The notes under the pieces were generated by a model. The model worked only from the letters and a program-made list of their open reading frames with translations, was not told the DNA's origin and ran no database searches. Shown here piece by piece: positions 23,830 through 37,272 of a stretch of DNA of 64,000 nt. The stretch covers positions 18,230,001 to 18,294,000 of the forward strand of contig NC_087436.1 of the NCBI RefSeq assembly GCF_036321535.1, in the 5' to 3' direction. The translations under genes and the position numbers were made by a program. Every line of letters begins with the position of its first letter. The first letter of the stretch is position 1. This DNA is from Camelus dromedarius. Taxonomy: Eukaryota.

Positions 23830-26700
23830 CAAATCTCCCTCATTCTTTTTAACGGCCTACTGTATGTTTCTTCCTCTGGTCATTGCGTAATTTATTTACC
23901 CTTCTTCCCCATCACTGAAGACCGTTTGTTTCTGATTTTTTGCACTGAGAAATACACACGGCAGTGAACATGTCCTACATTCTTGCAAAAGGTTAGGAGA
24001 ATATCTGTAGAGTGTTTTGGAAGCCGAGAGACTGCCTTCCAAGCAGAAGTGCACTTTCGTCTCTGCTGGGCGCGGCCAAACCATCTCAGAAAGGCTGCTC
24101 CAATTCAACCCTCCGATCAGGCACGTACAAGACCACTTATTTCCTCCTCTCAGAGAGACTGTGCCACATTCCTTAGTGGAGCGTCATAGTTTTCATCAAG
24201 TAGGTGTTCTTCACTCTTGATTTAGGCTTACACCTGGGTGATTTATCTTTTCTCGACTTAGCCTTACACCTCACTTAGGGTAATTTATCTCTTCGAATGC
24301 CATCAATAATACACCCTATTCTCCCACTGTATTTTCTGCTGCTTGTTGTATATAAAGAAGCTATCGGTTTTGGTAATTACTTTTAATCCTTCACTGCAAT
24401 GAGTCGTCTTCAATCTGTTCTTCTTGGGCTATCTATGTATACAATCCTATCTGTAAATAACGCAAGATTTTCCCCTTCCAGTTTTCATACTGCCTCTTCC
24501 CCACTCCCCTACCTCCTCCACTTTCTTGTCTAACAATCACAGGACAAGAATTAATTAGTAACAATGAATCAAGTCAGCATTTCAACATTTAAAGCATTTC
24601 AATAATTAAACAAACACGAACTTAAGGGTTAAAATACACGTTTTGAATCATTTTAAGGAAGCATCCAAAATTTCTACTTTATTAAAGTATTTTATTAGGA
24701 AATATGTAAATTTGGGGAAGTGCTTTTAGGCATCTGCTGAAAGATTTTCTCCTCTGACTTAATAATGTGGTGTATTCTATTAGTGTGCTTCCTAACACTG
24801 AGCCGCCCTCACATTTCAGGGATGAACTCAGCTAAGACTGAAATATTTCGTGCTGCCGCTATTTGCTGATGTATTATTTAAGATCTCTGCATAAATATTC
24901 ATAAGCAAAACTGATCTACAACTTTACCTTTGACAGGCTTTGTTAGGGCCCCACTGGCATCACAGAATGAGTTTCAAGTTTTCCTCCCCTATGCTGTGGA
25001 CCAGTTTGAATACCAACAGACTGAACTGTTTCTTCTAAGTTTAAATGCATTCACCTGTGATTACGTCTAAGCCTGTTGCTTCTCAGGGAATGCATGGTGG
25101 CTCTTTGAAAAATCTTCTCAGTTTCTTTTATTATTCTTTCACTAATTTCACTTAGATTTTCAAAATTCTGTACACTGTATCGGTGGTCATTTCCAAATCG
25201 GTTTCTATTTACATTTGTAAGCTGTCTCTCTCATTGCTTTTTCTTGACTAACCTAGCCCAGGGTTTATATGCTCTCTTTTATGCTCTGTAGTCCCTCAAA
25301 AATGTAGGAGGTATTTATAAAAAGCCATCTTTGTTTCTTTTCTAATTAATTACTTTCATCTTTAATATTTATTTTCTTTTTCAAATTTAGGAGGAGGTGA
25401 GTGGATGGAAGCTTAAGTTACTTCATTCTTTCTGGCTTATCCAGTTACAAATAAAAACCTTAAAAGGTTATAAATTTCCCTCAGAATAGAATTTTCTTCC
25501 CTATCCTTGAAGATTCAATGTGCTTGTTTTCATATTTTTCTAGGTAATCTACAATTTTTTATTTCCATTTTGATCCACAAATCATGAAAGTTTTAAAAAT
25601 TTCCAGAGGGCCAAGGACTTCATTTTCTTTTATTATTATTACTGTTTTAAAATTTCTGGATTTAGAGTATTATGGATCAGAAACAGTGGTTTATATTTTT
25701 TCTGCCTTTTGAAATCTGGCATTTTCCTTTGTGGACAAAAGTAGGAACTCAAGACTTAGAGATTGCTTTATTATCTTCTGAGTTGCTGTAGGAAAATATG
25801 AGGCAACCAGATGTATTCTCCCAGTGCAATTTTTATTCTTCCTCAAAAATCCAATAACTGAACCACACTGTGTCTCTATATGAATGATTCTGAATGACTC
25901 AGAATTCATCAGTGGTGTTTCCTGACATTCAGTGAACACTCTGATCAGATTACAGTCTCTGATTCAGAAAATGACCTTCTCATCATTAAAGTTGTATTCT
26001 AAACAAGTTTCTACTGTATAGTACAGGGAACAATATTCACTATCTTGTAGTAACCTATAATGAAAAAGAATATGAAAATGAATATATGTATGTATATGTA
26101 TGACTGAACCATTATGCTGCACCAGAAATTGACACAACATTGTAAACTGACTAGACTTTAAAAAAAAAAATGTGTTCCATGTACTTGGCGCTGTACTCCC
26201 GTGACAACACCCTCCAATGGGTCAGCTTTGCCCTCCAAGCCTACTGTTCTGACTCCTGTAACCTCTCTCCTTTCATTGAATCTGACTGTTTCCTCAATGA
26301 TGATAATCTGTGTTTTAACCTCTGATTCTATTCATTTCCATTTTCCATTTGCTCATCTGTGTTGAAATGTTGCTGGAGGTGTCAGTCTTTCTTGAGCTCA
26401 GCATGCAGCTTTAAAAAATCCTCTCTTATCACTTTATTTTTGAACTCCCATTTTACTGAATAAATATTTAGTTCTTCTACAGAGATCAATTATAGTAAAT
26501 TCACGTCTTCTCTTTCCCCAAATAGTATTTCTTCCAAAATAGATTCTTCCTCTACAGTTCACATTTTTCCCCTTCTGCTGCAATATATTCACACAGACCC
26601 CACACAGGCTATTTTGGGTTGATGTCAATCATATTAATGTTTTAAATGGGCAGCTTTGTCAACACGTTCTATTCAGGCCACTACACTTTGGGTGACATCT
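23830..26700 (-). mobile_element. Highly decayed old L1 fragments (L1ME/L1M-like), with a young L1 tail at about 26001-26170 (+)
   Basis: T-rich tract with antisense L1 motifs (ctggcatcacagaatgagtt, ataaatttccctc, tgctcagagaaatacacacggcagtgaacat-like). The young tail ends in A11. Confidence 0.55.
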
Positions 26701-26794
26701 CCTTGAATCTCTTCTCGTATCTGGGATGTCTGTTTCCTTCTTCTATGTACTACAGTTTTGCCTGCCCTGCCCAGGGTTCTGTAGCCTGAAAGAA

Positions 26795-27176
26795 TGGTGG
26801 GTTCGTCTGCTAAGGTCGCCACAATGGAATGCCACAGCTAGGTGGTTTAAACAACAGAAACCTATTTTCTCATACTTCTGGAGGCTAGAAGTCTGAGATC
26901 AAGGTTCCACACAGGGCTGGTTCTTCTGAGGCCTCTTTCCTGGGCTTGCACACAGGACTCCTCCTCGCTGTGTCCTCACATGGTCTTTCTTCTGTGCATG
27001 CACATCCTTAGTGCCTCTTCCTCTTCTCATAAGGACAGCAGTCCTACTGGATTAGAGCTCAACCTATGACATCATTTAATTTTAATTATCTCCTTAAAGA
27101 CTCCATCTCCAAAGAGAGTCACCCTGGAGGCGAGGGCTTCGATACATGAATTCTGAGGGACAATTCCGTCCATAAC
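26795..27176 (-). mobile_element. MaLR LTR (MLT1A/B-like)
   Basis: ttaaacaacagaaacctattttctcatacttctggaggctagaagtctgagatcaagg...gacaattccgtccataac. Confidence 0.8.
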
Positions 27177-27945
27177 CAATGGGTATGGGGAGGACAAGAA
27201 CTCAACCAAGGACGTATGCACCTTAGTCTTTGACCTCATCCCTGTGGTTTTGCCAAAATGCCCATCTATGCGTTCACTGCCCCCACCTGCTCTGTACATG
27301 ATTCCTGCAGAGGGCTTGGCCTGTCAGCCCCACTAGGAGCATTGGTCCTACATGGCCAGTTTAGCAAACACTTCCCATTGTTCTCCAGGCAGAAGATGGA
27401 GATGATGACTTCCGGGTGCTCATGCTGGAAGTTACCAGGGTGGGAAGTGACACTCCTCACTCTACTCTCAGCGTTCATTTTCCTTATCTTTCTCTCCCGC
27501 AGAAGTTCTTTTTCATTGGGTTTTGAAGTTTTCTTTTTGACTCACTTTCTATTTATTGCTGGAGATCACTGACCCTGGAGTGTCTCTGAGAGGGAGTCCC
27601 TGGTATGTCACACCCCAGCTACTCTGGCAGCAGAGCAGGGTGGCCAGGAGGAGTTTCTGCCCCTGTTGAAATTGCACATCTTTACCCTAGGCTGCCTGAA
27701 CGAGCTCCTCTATCTCCCTCCAAAGGGGGGTGACTGAGGACTGCCTAGGCGTCTGTCCCCTACTGCGTCTGTGGAAGGTCAAGTTAGGGGTAAAACAGAG
27801 AAAGCCCATGCCAATTTTTGGAAACTTCATTTGGTGGTCTCCAGGCTTTTTCCTCTATGTGACTTATATCAAGGGTTTTTCCCTTTATTAACCTATTTTT
27901 TGTGAGATCTGTCTTTACTCTTATGCCATGAGAAAGCATGTGTTT

Positions 27946-28326
27946 CTTTTAATCTCAAACTCCTAATTTATACCTACCCCACTTTTGCTTTTGGTAATTA
28001 TGGTTTGTTTTCTATGACCGTGAGTCTATTTCTGGTTTGTAAGTAAAATTTTTCTCTTTTTTTATATTCCACATATAAGTGATACCATATGATATTTGTC
28101 TTTCTCTGTCCAACTTAATTCACTTAATAGGATAATCTCTAGATCCATCCTGTATAGCACAGAGAACTATATTCAATTTCTTACAACAAACTATAATGGA
28201 AAAGAATCTGAAGAAATATATATATATATGTATGTATGTACATGTATAACAGAACTGCTTTGCTGTACACCTGAAACTAACATTGTAAATCAACTACACT
28301 TCAATAAAAAGTAAAATCAAACAAAA
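27946..28326. mobile_element. 5'-inverted (twin-primed) L1 3' fragment with TSD
   Basis: Minus-strand L1 at 27951-28149, plus-strand tail at 28150-28326. TSD agaaagcatgtgttt (27931-27945) / agaaagtatgtgttt (28327-28341). Confidence 0.88.
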
Positions 28327-30745
28327 AGAAAGTATGTGTTTGAAATACCTGTTTTAGATAATAAATGGACAATAAATAATACTGGTAAATACATAAGCAA
28401 AAAGTAATATACCATCACATGTGGAAACCTATAACTTGATAAACTTCACTTACCCCACTGCACATTGTGGGCCACATTTCTATTAAATTATTTCAATATC
28501 ACCCAAGTTAATTTCATCTAGAGCAAGAGTTCCTTAACTGTGATAAAGAGATGTCTCTTACAGACTTCAGTGTTACTACATGTCCTAAAATCATACGTGA
28601 ATGGCGCATATGCATTTGCATTTTTTCAGAAAACAGGATTGATCGTTACCTTCCAAATTCTTGATGGGGTATGAAACATTAAAACTGGTTAAGAATCACT
28701 GACCTAGAGTAATGAACAGGCAAGCTGCCAAGAATGGGGAAACAGTGGAGAATTAGAAACAATTTACAACAGGTTGGATTTATCTGAATAATGAAGTGAA
28801 AGAATTTTCTTTTAAGTTACATGGGATTTGGATAAAGCCACAGCAGACTTCCAAAAAAGTTCAAGTGTGGATGTGTTTGTGGCCCTGGACGTTGTAGGAA
28901 ACAGTTCTGTAGGAACCACGGAACTAGTGGTTATACACATTAAACAATTATCACTCCAAAGACCTTTCCACATCAATACATCAGTAAGTACAGCTTACTC
29001 TGAGCTTATTAGCACATTAATCACAAACGACCTAATTCCTTCATTAAATTTTGAAAATGATGACTAATCCTCTTAGGGGTCATTTCCCTCACTTCCACCT
29101 AACGAGAAATAACATTCCAGAGAAACCAAGGGTTTGAAACCCTCCCGGGAGAAAGAATGTCTCCACTTTTACCTACTGCTGAGGTAGGGAAAGAAAAACA
29201 ATTACCTAAAGAAAAAAACATAGCCTATAAATGAATTCCATTTTCAATATACAAAAAAAGAAAACAGTCAGCAACAAATGAAAGGGAACAGGAGGTAGAT
29301 ACCGAGAATAACGTGCTTGAGTTTACGACCCAGGTTTTGTGTGAGTTTCTGATGTGCAGTTTCTTTATAGGAACATAGACAGAATTACTATCATTTACAA
29401 AGGATTATAAATAGTCCTCAAAACCTATTAATCCAACCACTGTAGATGTTTGGTTTGGCACAATCTGCAGTCTGTAGCCCGTGTGCACTTTCGGTAATTA
29501 AGAATAAGGGATAATGATGACAAACTACACACCAGTGGTGCAATGACGAGTAAGAATTTTCTCGTGCATGTGACTGGGCATCAGCATGCGTGGTTCCAGC
29601 GACTATGTAAAGCTCATGACTTTATGAAATCAAATTCAGCAATTTCCTTTCTTCCTTCCACACATTCCAACAGAGACATACATAAGCACTTTTGTGCAGT
29701 TTAAACTTGGGAGCCGTCCATGTAGTAATATTGACTGAAACACTATGCATCATTTAAGCTTAAAAAGAAAAAAAATACGACCCTGTTTTTCTTGGGATGG
29801 TAGAGAGACCACAAGGAACTTTCTAACTGTGTGGCTGCACTGACTGAAATCCTTTTTGGAACGAGGCAGGCTGTAAATGAATAAAGCAAGCTGTGTGACC
29901 TTAGGTAAGTTAATTTCAACTCCCCAAGCTTCGGTTTCTTGTCTGAGTTTATAAAATGTGGACAAACCCACGCTCCCTGCCTGCTTGGCATTGGCTGGTG
30001 GATTCCCGGTCAGTGTGACTAGAGCTAGCCAGCATCTGGGGCTCCAGGTGCTCAGGAAGCCCTTGGTGCCGAACCTCTTCCCTAAACGGACTAGCAGGCG
30101 TAGGAAAAGGAACCTCACGTTTCACCATCACACCCACTGTATCCACTGCAGGACTCACTCACGGCTGTGAATGGAGGAGGTTAAGTATCTTCTGAAGGAA
30201 ACAACTAAGGTGATTCACAAAGGGATGCCTAGCACCTTAAGTCTTTCAAGTGCAAAAATGGCCTTAACCTGGCTTTGGACAAAGAAAGCCACTAGCTTCT
30301 CATAGGTCCAACCTCAAACACAAACTTCAGACCAGGTAACTAGACCTCTGCTGTGTCAGTCAGCTGCACCACTGTCTTTCTTGCTAAATGTTGGAATTCT
30401 GGAAAGCAAGATCTGCTTTTTTTTTTTTTTAATCTTTCTGCCTGTCCATATAGTACAAGTCATGAAAAAGCAGCTTAATAAATGCCTGTTGGATGAATGA
30501 ATAATTGTATAAAGGAAATGATGCCAGCACCAAATCAGATTATTGAACTTTTATCATCGATAATTTTATATATACAGACAAGTAAGAAGAAGATTATAAT
30601 GAACTCCTATGTCCACATCACCTGGATGCCTCACGCACTAACTGATGCTCCATCTTGGTTCATCCATAGTCCCCAGTTGGTGTGAAGCAGATTCAAGGCT
30701 AAGTACTGTACTTACAGGTCTCAGGAAGTTTTAGGTGAGTAAGTT

Positions 30746-31224
30746 TGTAACCGAGCAGGACCCTGTGGGGCCTTCCAGGGTCAGACCCCTCCCCCACATC
30801 CTCTGCTGCAGCTCCTCTCTGAAGTACCCAGATAATAGTATCTCATGTATATTTCCTGGGTTTTTCAGATGCATAAAACCACCACTGAAGGGAAGAAATG
30901 AACTACTTGATGATCAAGAGTGCATGGCAACCAGACCTTCTGGTGCCCAGGGGTTGACGGTGTTGACCGCCCTGTTCCCTCCACATCAACCAGTCAGAGG
31001 ATTGTGTACGAGCTGCTCAGGTACCCTGCTACCACCCTCCCTTATCTGTCCTTTAACTATGCTTTGCTGAAACCCTTCGGGGAGTTCGGGGTTTTCTTGG
31101 GCATGAGCCACCCTGTCCTCCTTGCGGGGCCCTGCAGTAAACCTTTCTCTGCTCCAAACCTAAACGTCTCAGTTTGTTTGGCCTCATGGTGTGTGGCGGG
31201 CACACAAACTTGCCTTCAGTAACA
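30746..31224 (+). mobile_element. Solo LTR, ERV1-like (479 bp)
   Basis: TG...CA termini (tgtaaccga...tcagtaaca), 4-bp TSD agtt/ggtt, and a degenerate polyA signal (agtaaa) followed by cctttctctgctccaaac. Confidence 0.75.
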
Positions 31225-32224
31225 GGTTTTGCTCTCCTCTAGAATTCCAGATAACTCGTATCTCTAGAGTAACAGGAAACACAAACTACTGCATAAAGAT
31301 GAACAGAACTCACCACTCCCTGGTCAAGAGGACCTGTGACACAAACAAAAGTAAAAATCAAGCCCTTCCTCTACACTGCTATGGATCAGGGGGTACTCTT
31401 AGTATGCATATCATTAAGATATCCCCCCCCCAAAAAAATGAAAAGAATTTTACAGATTTGTAGAAAGAATTTTACAAATATTTGCATGAAAAGAAATAAT
31501 GACCTTGAGACAGCTCATGGGAGGGGGAAGACCGTGTGAATACTGGATGGTGAGCTCGGAATCCTGACAAGGCTGCAGAGAGCTCTTTAAACTTTGTAAT
31601 GAAAAGGGCTTTTGGAGAAAAATCCAGAAGATTAATCACAGGGAGGAGCAGGTCTGAGGAGGGTCAGTGTCACCCAGACACCAGGAAGCCCAGGCTGCGG
31701 TAAGGCGGGGAGTTTCAACCTGGTGCAGAGGAAAGGGGTCAGGACAGACACGGCAGCACCTAGATCCTTGAGAAAATGTCCAGAGACATGAGTCCAGGGA
31801 CAGCACTCAACAGAGCTCAAGGGTGAAACAGAAGTAAAGCTAACAAAACTGACTCCTGCCCTCTGGGGTCACTCTCAAGGAGAAATCAACCAACTGGAAA
31901 GTTAAAACAAGAAGGGCTTTTGAGGGACGTTCCATCCTGTGCCAAATTAATCCAGTGACATAAGGTTGCATGGCTTGAAATTTACTTAACCCGGACTGAC
32001 CACATTCTTTCTCGATTGTGGTGCTTCTCAGTAAAATTAATCCCGCACTTTTCAAGAGGGCGGACAACATGCACTTTCCCGACAGGATGGGGAAGACATT
32101 TCCAGAGCAGAAAGGGGAAAGGCTGTGAATCCCAATGACAGAGAACATCCTTGCGGGAGAAACAGGAACTCACCCTCGCCCCTGCCCCTCAAGCTCCTCA
32201 CGGAGGCAGGGAAAAGATGCTCGG

Positions 32225-32783
32225 TGTACAGAAAAGAGCAAACAGAGCGGGTCTGGGACGGCCATCCTTGGAAAGTCCTGCTTCCAAGTTGGCCCTTGGC
32301 TTGCATATGGGAACTTGGGTGATAAAGTTAACTCAACCGATATAAAACATTCCCTAAATGGTTGGGAGGGCCCACTGGGCCTCAACTGTCTGCACACAAA
32401 TGTGCATGTGCACAAGTTATGCGGACACCTGCTTTCCCTCTGGGAGTCTAGAATTTTGATACCCACTCCACAAAGGATGCCAACGTGACCATCTCCCAGC
32501 AGGCACTGAGTCTCTAAGGCGCTTCCCTGAACGGAAACATATGCACGTGGCTGTATTTTCAGCGCTGGTGGGGGAGAGTCTGCTGTGTGTGACCCTTCCT
32601 GGGAGGTGACAGTAGGAGGAAAATTACGTGTGAGTCCTCCAGACTCCATCTGTGCCATCATCTGCTCCTGTGTGTTCTTAGCACATCGGCATGATAAGCC
32701 AGTGAGTACCATACACGCTGATGCCCGTGAGTCCCTCCAGCAAACCCCTAGACGGGGCGGTGGTCGTGAGAACTCCAGACACA
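32225..32783 (+). mobile_element. MER77-like ERVL solo LTR
   Basis: tgtacagaaaagagc...cacctgctttccctctgggagtctagaatttt...gcactgagtctctaa...gtgagtccctccagcaaa...gacaca. Confidence 0.7.
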
Positions 32784-35142
32784 CCCAGGTAGGCCAGCGC
32801 TCGACTTCATGGGAAGATCTCTACTCAGACGACCCTCTGCAGTAGCTGCTTCACCAAGTCATCATTTTACCCACTCCCACCTTTAGTTCCAGTGACAACT
32901 GGAGGATTAATGGAAGCCCAGCAGAAATGGAACACTTACGCCCCAGTGTCCGTGAATTAAGACTGTCGATCTTTAGTTTGGCTAATATTCACTAGCCAGT
33001 TGGGGAGGACGTGAGTGTTGGCTATTCTAAAGGTACGGAGGTCCTAGCACGTGGTCCGCACTCCGTCATCACTGACTGAGTGCAGCAGCGTGGTTTCAGA
33101 ACGGTTTTAACTTCAGGGAAACACAACAGACTTCAAATGAGATCTCGAGGCTGCACTCTGAAGACCTGACAGGGACAGAGACGCTGTCTTCAATCGGCCC
33201 CTTGCGGATTTCCTCCCTCCGGCCCTGTGGCACGTCGCAAAACAATGGAAAGGGGCTCCTTTCATTAGTTAAGCAGAAGACCTTTCAATGGGGGCTCAGC
33301 AAGTTACGGAGCCTCCCTGAGCCTCGTTTTCCTTCTCTATAAAGCAGCTCCCCGCATCCTTGCCTTAGTGATGCCGACCTCACAGACGATGGAGCAGACA
33401 AGGAGGTTAAGTCGGGGGCCCAGGTCACAGAGGCCACACAACTTGGTGAGGCTGAGATTCCAACCCCAGGAACTTCGCTTTGGAGCCTGCTCTGCTGTTA
33501 TGTGATAATCCTACAGAATAGTGCAAGAAAAGCTCAGGTAAGGAGCTGAGCCCAGTCCTCTCTGCCAGTCCTGGCTATTGTAATTATTACTGTTCTCAAT
33601 TTTATCTTGTGAGAGATGGAAGAGACGGCTCTGAAAGCTGGTTTCCTTATCTGACAGAGAAATGTTGAAAGGGGGCACTTCGTCCACACAAAAAGCCAAG
33701 CCCACTCCACAGTCCCCTGAGGAAAGGCACCCACGGCCACCTCACACTCTCAGACTCTGATTTTCCCCTCCATGTACTCTCGGTGTTGCTGGGAATACAA
33801 ACAACATAAATGGAGGTGAACAAGAGGATCATGTTGGTCCTCATCACTTTTAATTCTATGGATACCAACGAGCGCCAAGTCCCAGGCGCTGAGACGTGCT
33901 CTGAGACCCTGTCATTGCATGTCTGTGTCTCCAGAGACCCTGGCAGAGAACTTCAGAGTGGGCCAGATGTCACATGTCGGTTAGCTTCCCTCCAACTCCC
34001 CAATCCCATCTCTAATACGAGCAGAGTCTCATGATTAAAAATATGAAGTTGTCCCCTCCGCTAAATCTAAACCTCCCCTCCGGGCAAGTTCTGCTCACTT
34101 GTACCGAGCACGCTTTCTTAGATAACAAAGAGTAAGTCTACCCCCCTTTCTAGACTGTAGCTCTTGACTCTTCCTGAGACAGACTCGGTGCTTTGTCTCA
34201 ACTGGACCCTAAGATGCTGCGGGATGCAAGACCCTTGTGTCCCAAATTTCCCCACATCAAACCACTTTGGTCCCACTGGAACATACTGTCTGCCACCTAC
34301 AGGGCAACGGCACGGTGCGAAGCAGAGCGTCCTATGCCGCGGCTAAGTGAACAGAGCAGACCTGGGAAGACACTGTCAGTATTATTTTCCAATTCCCCTT
34401 AAAGGAAGGAGAAAGACAAAGTTTTCTGTGCTTTTAAACTGTCTTTTTTAAACACTCCAGAAAATGCAAGGCCCTGTTGAGAAAGAAAAAAAAATCTAAT
34501 AGTAAAGTAAGTTTGAGAGGTTCTGCCAAAGGGGCCAACTGTTGTGAAAACTGGAAGGGGCAGAAAATAAAAATAAAAACACCCTCTGAAAATTGGTCAG
34601 ATATCCTTGCTTCATCAGGGATTGATGGTCCATGTGGAACGGTCAGCCACTTAGGCAGATGCTGACTTCTGGAAACTCTGGAGTTTTATCACTGTTGCTG
34701 TTGTTTAAGACATTTATTTCTCTCTCACACGAAAACTGGTGTGGCTTAGCAACCCAGTGCCAGCCAAGCTAAATCAAGATGCATTGCAGGCTGGGTTCTT
34801 CTTTAAAAAGAACTCTTCTTCCCATTAAAAGACAAGCTCTAAGACAGGAAGGTGCCTCGCCCTCAACGGAAAACGGTTTGTACACAACTCACTCAGGCCT
34901 CGCTGGCATTAAAGGGCGGCAGAGGCCAGCCCGCAGAGGGCGAGGCTGAGTGTCGTTTCTGCAGCAACGGGGATGGAAGGCCAGGCTGCCCCGGTCACAC
35001 ACAGTCCACATGTGGCTGCCACTGACCTGCAAGTGGGGACTGAACAGGGTGTCCCTCCCACCACGAACGAACCTGGGAGCAGGGACGTGCTGTTCCAGCT
35101 TTTGGCAAAGACAGGTGGATGCAGGTCAGAAAGTCAGTCCCA

Positions 35143-35432
35143 GACATGGAAACAATCTAAAGGTCCATTGACAGAGGACTGGATAAAGAAGTTGTGGTAT
35201 ATTTATTTAATGGAATACTGCTCAGCCATTAAAAAAAAAAATGAAATAATGCCATTTGCAGCAACATGGATGGACCTGAAGATTGCCATTGTAAGTGAAA
35301 TAGGCTAAAAAGAGAAAGAAAAATACCATATGATATCACTTATATGTGGAATCTTAAAAAAATAAAAGACAAACTTATTTACAAAACAGAAACAGACTCA
35401 CAGACATAGAAAACAAACTTAAGATTATGGGG
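35143..35432 (+). mobile_element. L1 fragment (ORF2 C-terminus and start of the 3' UTR)
   Basis: TWKQSKGPLTEDWIKKLWYIYLMEYCSAIKKKNEIMPFAATWMDL within ORF 34973..35308. Confidence 0.9.
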
Positions 35433-36952
35433 GTGATCAACATATGAGAACGATGAGTGAGCGGTCTACAACTCTGCTGCAGGGGTCCCACTCCATCCTT
35501 CCCTCCCCCATCACATCTGCTCTGACTCTTCCTCCCACATATTCCTCCATCCAACGGGAAAAGCCAGAAGTAGAGCCATACGATTTATCATCCATTCCTA
35601 AACACTCAAGGCCTTGCAAGCTGCTCTCAACAGACGTTTCACTCTCGGGGAGAACACACGCTGTCTGCTGGGCCCCATACCTGTCCATCTCCTGACGCAC
35701 GTGGCACCACCGGCAACGCCCCTCGACCACCTGACACCGAACTTGTCTGGGCTCCTCCTGCCTCCTCTTTTATCACTAAGAGTAAAATCTCGGTGCTTCT
35801 CAGAAATACGGTTCTTACTACTCTCTCCTAGTGATGAAAAGTAAAAGCTTTAGAGTTGAACAATCCTTACCACAGACCCAAGTATTGCCACTTACCAGCT
35901 GTGTGCCCGTGAGCAAGCACTCTGTCACCCTCCGGTTTTCTCATACTTATAAAGGGATAAGACATGTAAAAAAAATTCTGTACATATACAAGGATACCAT
36001 TACAGATGTATGCAATGGGGATTACACACACATGCGTCACATGAGATAAATACCCTAATAAATAGTAAATGAACCAATACATTCTTTCTCACACCTGTAT
36101 CATGTCCTTATACCATATATTACACTTTCTACCACTAAATTTTCTCCCCAGGTTGAGCCCCACAATTCCAGCTGTCCGCTGGGCTTCTCTTGCTGGATAT
36201 CCAGACAACAACTAAAATTCTGCACGTTGTAGACTAAACTCTTCTTAATTCCCTTTTCTTCCTTTCATTAATAACACCAAGATAAACTCTCGGGATTGAG
36301 TACTCAGCGCCATTTACAACACCTTCCTCTGAGATGCCCCACAAATCCCATGCCTGGGTTTTGTCTATTCCTCCTCACCAAGCAATGCTCTCCCCCTCTG
36401 AGTCCCCAGTCTCATGCCCACATCACATGACCTCTCACCTGGCCTTTGATTTCTCTATTTGCTTCTGCAAACCCTGCTGCCAGAGTAAGCAGTTCACCTG
36501 AAAACCGAGAGAGGCCCTGGTGCCTCTAAAATTAAATCCAAAGCCCTCTGGTGGTGTTCCCCACCTCCCCACAGCTGCCCAAGGCTCTTTCCCATCTCAT
36601 CTCCTGCCCCCACCCTCGATCCAACAGGAGCTTTTCCAGAACATATGCCAACTCTGCTTCTCTGATGACATTGACTCCTGAAATGTCCCCTTAAAACCCC
36701 TTCACCTGCTACAACTCCATCCTAAAGCCGACCCAAATCACCTACTCAGGAAACTCTCCAGACTCCCTACAGTTGGATGTAAACGCAACCCTGAAGTCTC
36801 GGCAGCCTTCTCTGCATCTGTCTGAGAGCGTCTCCTCTCCAGCATCGTTCCTTTTCCCCACCAGCCTGCCTCTGCCTCTCCCGCATCTCACACCAGGTCT
36901 GACTCAGAGCAGGAGCTTATCACAAATGCACGGAATGAATCCGTAACAGGTA

Positions 36953-37272
36953 CAGCCGGCCTTCCCTGGGTCCTGTGTCATCAGATGCAACCAACGGTGG
37001 AATGAACATATCCCCCCACCATCAAAAAAAGTTCTAGAAAGTTCCAAAGAGCAAAACTTGAATTTGCCGCACACCGGCAACTATTTACATAGCACTTACA
37101 TTGTATTAGGCATTACAAGTAATCTAGAGATGATTTAAATGAGGGGAGAATGTGAACAGGGTATATGCTAATAACACTATGCCATCTTATATAAGGGACT
37201 GGAGCATCTGTGGAGTTTAGTATCTGCAGGAGGTCCTGGAACCAATCCCCCACAGATACTGAGGGACCACTG
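36953..37272. mobile_element. MER2-like TcMar-Tigger MITE
   Basis: ta|cagccggcc...gagggaccactg|ta (TA TSD); internal tacattgtattaggcattacaagtaatctagagatgatttaaa. Confidence 0.85.

Noticed and set aside
32170..32784. 204-aa ORF, the longest in the track
   Set aside because: It runs antisense through a MER77-like LTR and has no recognisable domain or splice context; chance ORF.
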